From Octopus sinensis (Eukaryota): 14,225 nt of DNA. Made by a program: the position numbers and the translations under genes. Below are positions 1 through 8,440 of this stretch, piece by piece; the first letter of the stretch is position 1; the number at the start of each line of letters is the position of its first letter. The notes below the pieces were generated by a model, which saw only the letters and a program-made list of their open reading frames with translations, had not been told where the DNA came from and ran no database searches. Location: NCBI RefSeq assembly GCF_006345805.1, contig NW_021825852.1, positions 1 to 14,225 of the forward strand, given 5' to 3'.

Positions 1-40
1 ATTCATCTGAATCTATAAATAAATATATATATATATACAT

Positions 41-200
41 ATATATACGACGGGCTTCTTTCTGTTTCAGTCTACCAAATCCCCTCACAAGTCTTTGGTC
101 GGCCCGAAGCTATAGTAGAAGACACTTGCTCAAGGGGCCACGCAGTAGAACTGAACCCGGAACCATGCGGTTGAGAAGCAAGCTACTTACCACACAGCCA
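41..200 (-). mobile_element. tRNA-derived SINE family A, 5' half, truncated at the internal (TA)n tract
   Basis: The reverse complement matches 8854-9015 nearly throughout (tggctgtgtggtaagtagcttgc...ggttccgggttcagttc...gagcaagtgtcttctactatagc...gaaagaagcccgtcgtata). A-box-like and B-box-like motifs are present. Confidence 0.9.
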
Positions 201-344
201 TACATTTATATAGTAAGAGGAGGGATATAATATCCAGGTAGGTGCTGCTGATTCCTTCTGGTGGTGCGTTTTTTGGTAAACCTCCTTTAACTCACATCAG
301 ATGTTGCAGTTCCTTTCTTGACTGTTCCTTTCTTGTAAAGTCCA

Positions 345-489
345 ATGGCGACAATAAAGAGAATGAAGAACGAACTTTATGTTTATTTCCAGTTTGTTGG
401 TTCATAATAACAATTATTAGGAATCAACCAAATGGAAAGAATCATAAAATTTCAATGTTCCAATTCTTCATTCTCCTTATTGTCACTAT
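345..489. repeat. Long imperfect palindrome / foldback hairpin (MITE-like)
   Basis: 347-370 matches the reverse complement of 464-487 at 21/24. 376-403 matches the reverse complement of 421-448 at 23/28. The stem closes on a 3-nt loop (411-413). Confidence 0.85.
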
Positions 490-563
490 ATACATATCTG
501 TTTCCCATTCGTCTGTGTATTTAATATATGATTGTATGCTTATTTACTACAGGTATTTTCAAT

Positions 564-566
<3 letters not shown>

Positions 567-608
<42 letters not shown>

Positions 609-734
609 CACACACATATACACACACATATATACACACACACGCGCGCACACATACACACAGTTATGTTATATTTTCTGCTTGTTGTCTTTTTATTTAA
701 TCCTGAAAACAAATATATGTGTGTGTGTGTGTGT
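567..734. repeat. (CA)n microsatellite (567-662) and short (TG)n (718-734)
   Basis: Seen directly. Confidence 0.95.
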
Positions 735-744
735 ATAAAAATAA

Positions 745-1920
745 GCAACAGGATATCAAGAGGTGATGCAGCACGACTGTTTCAAGCGGCTCCATGTAAT
801 TGAGCAATACAATCATTGCATCAATTCAAATGCAGGGCTATCCTCAGCTGCATAAATAAATAGAATTTTTAATCAGTTGGACTCATTAATATAATTTTAC
901 TCAAATTCCCTAATAGAGCAAAAAGCGGGAAAGAGTCCATGTTGCTACTAATGTAGCTAAGAATTTAATACACTTCTAAGAACTATGAAGTTTGTTATGG
1001 TCATGGCTTGTAAAGGATGGTGGTTCATATTTAATTTATTAGTCTTTTTTTAAAGGGAAATTAATTTTTAGAGTCATATATGATGTGAACTTACCCCCTA
1101 GTATTATAGATAATAAGTTATATATTTTCTTACTATTTTCTATAATTTCTGGTTATTTTGTTTTCTTATTTTGATAACTTTACCTATTAATCTCTTATCT
1201 CTTATGTTATCAATGTTCTTAAAGAGAGATATAAACTTTCTAGTCACTTAAGTCTATGAGAGTTGATTATAATATACCCATAATAAAATACAAATATTTG
1301 TGTGTATTTGCATGTGTGCACATAGTTAAATATGTGTATTATCTGTGCACAACTTTTTTTCCGACTTTTTTTTTCTGATTCTTAGCTTATAATTAATATA
1401 AAGATAGCATGATTTATCGCCCCAGTATTCCATAAGTAAATACCCAGAGCAATCTTTACAGAAACCATCAAATAAGTAAATAATTAAGTACAGGAATGAA
1501 TATTAAACTAATTCTATGTAATCTTCCCTTTCTAATGTTGAAAACAGTTTATCTATTCTGGTTATAATATCACTTTTGATAATCTTAAATTTTATCTTTA
1601 TAACAATAATATTGTATACACAATCATCCATTGTACCCCATGATAATTTCCTCTGTATTAACATCATAGGTTTTATTAGCGCCTTGCCCCTTTAACTGGT
1701 AATTAACATCTTGATTTGAGGTCTTACTCTGCCCAGCCTCCTTTATTGACAGTTACTTTATACTAATTCTAAACTCCTGACAATTGTTATGACCATACTC
1801 AACTATAAACTGTCAACTCACTCCTGCATTCCATTCTAAACAGATGTTGTCCTCTTGCCTTAGATTTGGTAGTTGCTAAAGAAAATAATTTTAAAATTCA
1901 CAATTCTTTACAAGCTATGA
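745..1920 (-). mobile_element. Probable heavily decayed Penelope-like retroelement remnant
   Basis: Carries the hammerhead at its 3' end. The minus-strand translation at about 1230-1060 gives SLFKNID...KL*KIVRKYITY...HI*L*KLI, which resembles the PLE GIY-YIG endonuclease C-terminal pattern WKIL.K..Y...C.LCL.EK..I with W and C codons mutated to stops. This protein evidence is weak and the boundaries are uncertain. Confidence 0.5.
766..853 (-). ncRNA. Degenerate minimal type I hammerhead ribozyme (Penelope-like element type)
   Basis: The minus strand reads ATGCAG-CTGAGGA-[stem II: AGC..AATTGA-T-GCAAT-loop GATTGT-ATTGC-TCAATT..GCT]-GAAA-C-AGTC-G-T-G-CTGCAT. It has a perfect 6-bp stem I and both core boxes (CUGANGA, GAAA) in the correct order, with a minimal stem III. 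The cleavage triplet is GUG, which is non-canonical. Confidence 0.75.
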
Positions 1921-1923
1921 TTC

Positions 1924-1931
1924 TATCTATC

Positions 1932-2012
<81 letters not shown>

Positions 2013-2017
2013 GTGTA
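1924..2017. repeat. Compound (TCTA)/(TA)n/(TG)n microsatellite
   Basis: Seen directly. Confidence 0.95.
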
Positions 2018-2376
2018 TGTGATTAAAATATGTATTGTAAACAAACATATACCAAATAGAAAACACAGAGGGTCACCAACTCCACTTCAATTATCGGCAA
2101 GAAGGTCAAGCGCAATGTCAGCCCTTATTGATAATATTACTCTCACTAACGGTCTCGTCTCGAACCCGTCTCCTTTTATTATCTTTTGGTCCCGTTCCCG
2201 GCAAGTTTCTTGCCGATGTCCCCAGAGTGGAATCAACATTATCGATAATGGTCGAAATTGCGTTTGATCCTCTGGCTGATAACTGATGAAATGTTGGTGA
2301 TACTCTGTGCTTTCTGTTTGCTTGTGAATTTAGTATATATTCATATGTTTGTTTACAACACGATTTTTTAATCACA
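2018..2376. mobile_element. Non-autonomous DNA transposon (MITE/foldback) with long terminal inverted repeats, TGT...ACA ends, flanked by TA
   Basis: Termini are TA|TGTGATTAAAA...TTTTAATCACA|TA. TTGTAAACAAACATAT is present on both arms. 2053-2147 aligns ungapped to the reverse complement of the right arm at about 70/95 by hand count. The spacer is about 80 bp. Confidence 0.85.
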
Positions 2377-2393
2377 TATATATATATATAATA

Positions 2394-2439
<46 letters not shown>

Positions 2440-2533
2440 ATATATATATATATATTATATATATATATAATATATATATATATAATATATATATATATAA
2501 TATATATATATATACACATATATATATATATAT

Positions 2534-2597
<64 letters not shown>
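2377..2597. repeat. Long (TA)n microsatellite
   Basis: Seen directly. Confidence 0.97.
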
Positions 2598-2602
<5 letters not shown>

Positions 2603-2749
2603 ATGAGAGGTTTAGTTCGCTGGTGATCTAAACGAATAAGTACGCTGTGTACGTGTTATAATTGGTTATGCTTTAGGTTCCAAGTTCACAGCTGAGGTTG
2701 GAGATAAGAATCCATAATGGCTTCCGAATTAGCGTCATTTTTCCTCTTT

Positions 2750-2913
2750 TATATATATATATACATACATACATACATACATACATACATACAAACATAC
2801 ATACATATATATACATATATATATATGTGTATATATCTATATATGTGTATATATATATACACATACACACATATATATTTAGATAGATGCATGCATATAT
2901 ATATACATATACC

Positions 2914-2952
<39 letters not shown>
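2750..2952. repeat. Compound (TA)n/(ATAC)n/(TG)n microsatellite
   Basis: Seen directly. Confidence 0.95.
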
Positions 2953-2953
<1 letters not shown>

Positions 2954-3032
2954 ACAGGCTGTGTGTCAGACAGGCTTAATAATGCTGCCGATTTGAAATT
3001 CTCATAAAACGTACGAAACAAGCCAATCCGAG

Positions 3033-3071
<39 letters not shown>

Positions 3072-3127
3072 GTTACTACTACTGTTACCACTACTACTAC
3101 TACTACTACTACTGTTACTACTACTGT

Positions 3128-3169
<42 letters not shown>

Positions 3170-3253
3170 CACGACTACTACTACCAAGACTACTACTACT
3201 ACTGCTACTGTTACCACTACTACTACTACTACTACTACTGTTACTACTACTGT

Positions 3254-3314
<61 letters not shown>
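3033..3314. repeat. (CTA)n trinucleotide array with recurring CTGTTA/CCA variant blocks
   Basis: Seen directly. Confidence 0.97.
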
Positions 3315-3316
<2 letters not shown>

Positions 3317-3507
3317 CAATGGCTTTTACTTTAACGCCCACAACTGCTAAGGCTACTATAACCATCATTCACCACTAGTCGTACTCTAACCATCACGCCA
3401 TCGCCTTCACCACCACCACCACCACCTCCACACCGCTACCGCCTCCGCCATTACAGATAATAATAACACCACTAATACTATAAACAATAAGCTCACACCT
3501 CGGCTAA

Positions 3508-3597
3508 CAACACGCACACATACTTACACACATACATGCGCTCATGTGCATGCTCATACACACACACTCACATTCACATTCACACACGTCTAGGCAG

Positions 3598-3647
<50 letters not shown>

Positions 3648-3765
3648 CGGACGCATACAGATACGCACACATACAGACACGAACACAAGCGCACTCGTAG
3701 ATGCATGCATACAAACACATACACCCACCCTACGCATATAGACGCATACACGTGCATACGCATCA
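3508..3765. repeat. (CA)n-rich degenerate microsatellite
   Basis: A pure (CA)n run at 3601-3646 sits within degenerate CA/CG/TA alternating sequence. Confidence 0.9.
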
Positions 3766-3838
3766 TCCGTGCGCACTTCTTACGTTCGCGAAGATCTTTG
3801 GTGATAAAATGGAGATGTATGGTGGGGTGGAGGGGAGA

Positions 3839-3864
3839 CGGTGGTGTGGTGGTGGTGGTGGTGG

Positions 3865-3895
<31 letters not shown>

Positions 3896-4195
3896 GCTGG
3901 TGGAGGAGGGGGTGACGATGGTGGTGGTGGTGGTGGTGGTGGTGGTGGTGGTGGTAGTGCTGGTGCTGGTGGACGAGGGGGTGGAGGTGGTGGTGGTGGT
4001 GGTGATGGCGGTGGTGCTGGTGGTGCTGGTGGTGCTGGTGGTGCTGGTGCTGGTGGTAGTGGTGGCGGCGGTGGTGGTGGTAGTGGTGGTTCAGGTGGTG
4101 GTGGTAGTGGTGGTTCAGGTGGTGGTGGTAGTGGTGGTTCAGGTGGTGGTGGTGTTTGTGGTGGTTGTGGTGGTGGTGGTGGAGGCTGCGGGTGA
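3839..4195. repeat. (GGT)n trinucleotide array containing a 24-bp higher-order repeat
   Basis: Seen directly. TCA recurs at 4091, 4115 and 4139, a period of 24. Confidence 0.95.
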
Positions 4196-4373
4196 GGAGA
4201 AGGAAGAGTACTTTCCGATGTCGCCATCTTTAAATTGTGTGACTCAGCGAAGATATCTTGAGATTAAAACAGATTAGGGCTGATTAATGAAAAGGTTTAT
4301 ATCAAAATGCTAAGGTTAACAACAATAACTGCAACAATGATGTCGATGACGTCAATGAGGGACACTCTGGGCG

Positions 4374-4560
4374 ATCCAACTGCTGGAAGTAGCAGCCAAA
4401 TCTCTCTCCAGTCTAATACATACTATATCAATTTTTTTTTTTTGAAAAATGGATGCACATGTTGAATAATGTATTCCTACATACACTTAGAGCAAAAACA
4501 TAAACAGACATTGTCTCGGGGTGGTCATAACTGGGCTCTCTTTGGCAATAAGTATCTTAA
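4374..4560 (+). mobile_element. Diverged interspersed repeat family C (SINE-like), copy 1
   Basis: Shares ordered motifs (gaartagcagcsaaat...ataatktaktmct...tggtca) with 12948-13110 and with the reverse complements of 10490-10570 and 11550-11615. The strand is assigned from the (CAA)n tail of the other copies. Confidence 0.6.
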
Positions 4561-5005
4561 TAGTTAAATTGCAGTTCATGTATGTAATACAATGAATATT
4601 AACAAACTAATTGAAATAATTTTGTGGTGAAATAAAGATTACAACAAGATAAGTCAATTCCTAATTTTATGTTATTTCTGCAAGTATAGGACAGCACTAC
4701 GGATATGTTTCTTCTTTATACTGATCTCATCAACAAAGTATGGACTTCCTCTACAAATGAGAAAATAGGGGTGGGGAGAGAATCACAATGTGATTGTTGA
4801 TTGTTATTTACTGTTTGAAGAAGATGAATTATAATCGTTTAGAGATTGTATATGGCTCAGAAACACCAGCTGCAACAAGAGGTAATAATTAAGAAGATGA
4901 TAACATATTTAGTACAGATATTATTAAACGGGAATAAAGGAATGGTGAGGTAATCAATGTCTAATATCACTGTTTCTGCTTCGCTATATACAAATTCATA
5001 CCAAG

Positions 5006-5096
5006 CATACATACATACATACATGCATGCATACATACATACATACATACATACATACATACATACATACATACATACATACATACATACATACAT
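5006..5096. repeat. (ATAC)n tetranucleotide array
   Basis: Seen directly. Confidence 0.97.
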
Positions 5097-5630
5097 GGTG
5101 GCTGCCCCCTCGTTATCGAATATGGCCATTGCACGAAGCTTAATCAATGTTGTTATCGGGCAATGCGTGTGCAAGAAGATTTTTTTAAAGTGAAGAAAGG
5201 CTGTGCACTGAGTCAATCCCACTCACTAAGCAACAGCAGCCATAATCCGAAAAGAAGAAAAGTCAACATCATCGGTAACCACTGAGCCGCAGGTTTTATA
5301 TCGGAGTTATCCCAGTTATCTGAGTTACCTTCTCCTAGAAGGATGCCCTAACAAAGGTTAGGAGTCCTTCACTTCCAATGGTTTTACCGCGCAATCGGGT
5401 ATTCAGTCCGATTATTTCTATGTCCCCGCGCATGATACAGCCTTAAGACATTTATTGGATGGCCGTTGACTCTCAAGAGTTCCTCCGCCCTTTGACGGGT
5501 TTTGTTTTTCATACCGCAGGGTGTCCAATAAGCACCCTCCTCACCAGGCAAGCTTGGTGGGCTTGCCGGTTTAGTCGTCGACGACCCGACCATGCAACAG
5601 GTTGTACTGGGTTACATGTTACCAGTTACA
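5097..5630 (-). mobile_element. Probable non-autonomous RTE-clade LINE derivative (5'UTR-like region plus 3' end, no ORF)
   Basis: A GC-richer island with sharp borders. The minus strand contains ggcatccttctaggagaaggtaactc...aaacc, which I recall as an RTE 5'UTR motif. It ends ttcgataacgagggggcagcc followed by (TATG)n, similar to RTE 3' ends with tandem-repeat tails. The family call is from memory only. Confidence 0.5.
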
Positions 5631-5640
5631 TGTTACATGT

Positions 5641-5696
5641 TACATACATACATGCATACATACATACATACATACATACATACATACATACATACA

Positions 5697-5729
<33 letters not shown>

Positions 5730-5732
5730 GCA

Positions 5733-5768
<36 letters not shown>
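5641..5768. repeat. (ATAC)n followed by (TG)n
   Basis: Seen directly. Confidence 0.97.
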
Positions 5769-5770
<2 letters not shown>

Positions 5771-6050
5771 CTTCCCAGAAGATGTGATTGTACTATCCAA
5801 AATCATAGAAAAAGTGAATGTTTATGGTAAATTAAAACGGAACGTACAGCTCTTGTACCTTGTCTATGAATTCTCATTTGCACCTATCATCATTGGGGCA
5901 TTCGGCTTATTACTTACAAAGTAACACAAAATGCAAAAAGTTCCTGGTTTTTTTAACAAAGAACAAAAGAAATGTATATGAACTCTCCAAATCCAATTTA
6001 TTAGAGGCACAGTGGAGATCTGTAAGACATTCAAAAGAGTCTCCACCTGA
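5766..6050 (+). pseudogene. Decayed C-terminal restriction-like endonuclease (RLE) domain of a non-LTR retrotransposon (R4/Dong/NeSL-like)
   Basis: One frame reads VNFPEDVIVLSKIIEKVNVYGKLKRNVQLLYLVYEFSFAPIIIGAFGLLLTK*HKMQKVPGFFNKEQKKCI*TLQIQFIRGTVEICKTFKRVST*. The P...K..EK...Y and PIIIGAxG motifs are typical of RLE domains. There are two in-frame stops. Confidence 0.8.
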
Positions 6051-6240
6051 GTTTCTTTAGATGAATAGACGCACACATTTGGGTGTGTGCATCCACAGTC
6101 CAGCCAACACACAAACTCCCCCACATGTTTACAAACACTGGGTACCCTTTTAAGTTTTGATGCTTTGTTAGTGACCGATTTGATCTCTCTCTTGAAGAAC
6201 TGAAATAAAACTCCAAGAAAAATATAATGACAAATAAGAA
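5766..6240 (+). mobile_element. 5'-truncated RLE-type non-LTR retrotransposon including 3'UTR and A/TAA-rich tail
   Basis: The ORF remnant above is followed by about 170 bp of UTR ending ctgaaataaaactccaagaaaaatataatgacaaataa. Confidence 0.65.
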
Positions 6241-6284
6241 TATGTCAAATAATATTGAAGCTAAATTATTGGAAACGAAAATGA

Positions 6285-6380
6285 ATCAAGGGACACAACT
6301 CGAAGTGGCCAATGGCATGTGCGGAGATTGAAACACCATCGCTGTCTCAAGAGATCACCATCACGCTAGTAACTCCATTA
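6285..6380 (-). mobile_element. Possible very old tRNA-SINE head fragment
   Basis: tcaagggacacaac followed by ggagattgaaac, an antisense B-box-like motif. Highly degenerate. Confidence 0.3.
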
Positions 6381-6934
6381 AAACTGTCCTATAATATCGT
6401 CGTTGGATTTCCATCCCTTTTATCTAAACAATATGGCAACCTTTGTTTAAGCCACACAAATTCTCTCCCATAGTTACACATCTGACAACCGGAAATGAAA
6501 GTTCTTTTCTGTGTTTCCGCTTTTCACTACAACCATTTGAATATCTTTTTGTGATCTTATCGTATTTACCAAGCATGTTGTGTGCTTATGTTCATTCGAG
6601 ACAACGTATATTTGTATGTATAAATTATTTATATTTGTATTAGGTGTGTGTATATCTATGTATATAAAACCGACAAATGCCTCTTGCAAGTTATGCAGCA
6701 AGATGGAGGCGGTATAGCTCGAAGCCAGAAGTAGATAATAAGCAATGACTTGGCCACCTCGGCTGACCTACCAATGGAAGTGTGTAACAGTCCTGAGTCG
6801 AAACACCCGATGATCGTTGGATATCGTCCCATGACAACAATTCCTTCTTCGCAGAGTTCTGTTCACTTTGGTGATTCAAAAAGATGCACCTGCTTCTTAG
6901 TGTTATCAATAATGTATATATACAGGCAAAGGAA

Positions 6935-6970
<36 letters not shown>

Positions 6971-6980
6971 GTATGTATGT
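6935..6980. repeat. (TG)n microsatellite
   Basis: Seen directly. Confidence 0.95.
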
Positions 6981-6989
6981 AGGTCAAGA

Positions 6990-7015
6990 CATGGCTGTGT
7001 GGTAGAAAAGTTTGC
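6990..7015 (+). mobile_element. Family A SINE extreme 5' fragment (A box only)
   Basis: tggctgtgtggtagaaaagtttgc resembles the reverse complement of 178-200 (tggctgtgtggtaagtagcttgc). Confidence 0.45.
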
Positions 7016-7289
7016 AAGAAACAGCAGAGAAGGCAATTAGATTTTGAGAGATTGATTTTTTTATTATCGGAATTGGCGATTGAGTTAACAAGTTCGTACA
7101 AAAATAAGAATTAACTTTAACAGTATTTCGATGAAAAGCTTAGAATATTTACGGTTTCTTTGGGGATACAGAGAAATTATGTTTAAGAATTTGGTAGCAG
7201 TGTGGCATCAGGAATTTAAGATAAATCGAAGATTAAACTACATCATGTTTCTCAGACTATTTTCACACTTGTAGACATTAGTACGACTG

Positions 7290-7604
7290 TTGATGATGAT
7301 GATGATGAGGAGGAGGAGGAGGAGGAGGATAATGATGATGATGGTGGTGATGGTGGTGTGGTGGTGGTGGTGGTGATGATGATAGTGGTGGTTGTGGTGG
7401 TGCCGGTGGTAACGGCACTGTTGGTGTTATCAGTGGCAGAAGTGGCGTTGGTAATGGCGCTGGTGGTTGTGGCGGTGATGTTGATGGTGATGGTGACAAG
7501 GGTGGGGATTTTGTCGGTTATGGTAGTGGTGCTGCTGCTGTTGCGGAGGTGGAGATGCTGGTGACAGTGATGGGGGGGGGGACTGCTGTTGCTGCTGCTG
7601 TTGT
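7290..7604. repeat. Degenerate trinucleotide array (GAT/GAG/GGT/GCT)
   Basis: Seen directly. Confidence 0.9.
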
Positions 7605-7632
7605 AATTGTGCGCGTATTCAAATAAAGCAGC

Positions 7633-7635
7633 GGA

Positions 7636-7675
<40 letters not shown>

Positions 7676-7810
7676 AGAAAGAAAGAAAAAAGAAAGAAAG
7701 AAAGAAAGAAAGAGAAAAAAGAAAGAAAAAAGAAACAAACAAAAAAAAAAAAAAAAAGAAAGAAAGAAAAAAGAAAAAAGAAAGAAAGAAAGAAAAAAGA
7801 AAGAAAGAAG
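7633..7810. repeat. (GAAA)n polypurine tract
   Basis: Seen directly. Confidence 0.95.
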
Positions 7811-7983
7811 CCTAAAAAAGATGGAAATAAAAGGCGAGAAAGAGGGGGAGGTGATGTAGTGTGGAAGAGAAAGAAAAGAGATTTAAAAAGCAATCGGTCA
7901 AGCAGACGAAACAATGAAGTCAGATGACGTGTCCAATGAAGCTGTCTGCTGGCATTGACCAATGGTAATCATTCAACTAGAAA

Positions 7984-8065
7984 CCGACCAATCAGTGTAG
8001 TCAGTTGCTGGCGTGTGGTATGTGAGATTCGGTGGACGGAAACTGTACGGAAACCTGTCGATGTG
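7984..8065 (+). mobile_element. Diverged family A SINE internal fragment
   Basis: ccgaccaat...gattcggtggacggaaactgtacggaaacctgtcg resembles 8952-9006 (ccgaccaat...aattggtagacggaaactgaaagaagcctgtcg). Confidence 0.55.
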
Positions 8066-8108
8066 AAATTTCCTTACACACACGAGCGCATACAGACACA
8101 TGTATAAA

Positions 8109-8330
8109 TCTTTTATTTTGCTTCATTAGACCGTGGCCAGGCTGGGGCAACCCCTTGAATTTTTAGGCGAATGAATGGACCTCAGTCTCAGTCTTTTTTT
8201 AAGCCCGATAAATATTCTATTGGTCTCTATTGCAGAACTGCTAATATACGGGGACGTAAACAACCCAATATCGGTTATCAAGCGATGGTGGGAGGCAAAC
8301 ACAGATTCAAAGACACACACACATACATAC
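8109..8330 (-). mobile_element. Family A SINE, diverged 3' half
   Basis: tattctattggtctctattgcagaactgctaatatacggggacgtaaac...atcggttatcaagcgatg is the reverse complement of 9065-9140. 8109-8155 matches the reverse complement of 9190-9240. Confidence 0.85.
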
Positions 8331-8440
8331 CCACACATACACCACACATATACCACATACACACACGCACATACACACACACACACACGCACACGCACAC
8401 ACACACAAACAAACACACACAAACACACACACTCACACAT
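8312..8440. repeat. (CA)n degenerate microsatellite, an expanded SINE-internal tract
   Basis: Seen directly. Confidence 0.9.

Noticed and set aside
309-335. Direct repeat gttcctttcttg x2
   Set aside because: A trivial local duplication with only two units, so not an array.
486-567. Possible second minus-strand hammerhead (GAAAC-AGATAT-GTA)
   Set aside because: The first core box would be TTGAAAA, two mismatches from CUGANGA, and stems I and II are unconvincing.
242-803. ORFs containing HT/CV dipeptide runs
   Set aside because: They are translations of (CA)n/(TG)n with no domain signal.
1866-2375. Two similar peptides on opposite strands suggesting paralogous genes
   Set aside because: Fully explained by the nucleotide inverted repeat of the foldback element.
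2686-2742. Hammerhead-like CTGAGGT...GAAT..GTC on the plus strand
   Set aside because: Both core boxes are mismatched and there is no stem I pairing.
2976-4277. Poly-Ser, poly-Val and poly-Pro ORFs
   Set aside because: These are frames of trinucleotide arrays that lack stops by composition.
7252-7962. 236-aa ORF and Lys/Arg-rich ORF
   Set aside because: Derived from (GAAA)n and trinucleotide low-complexity tracts.
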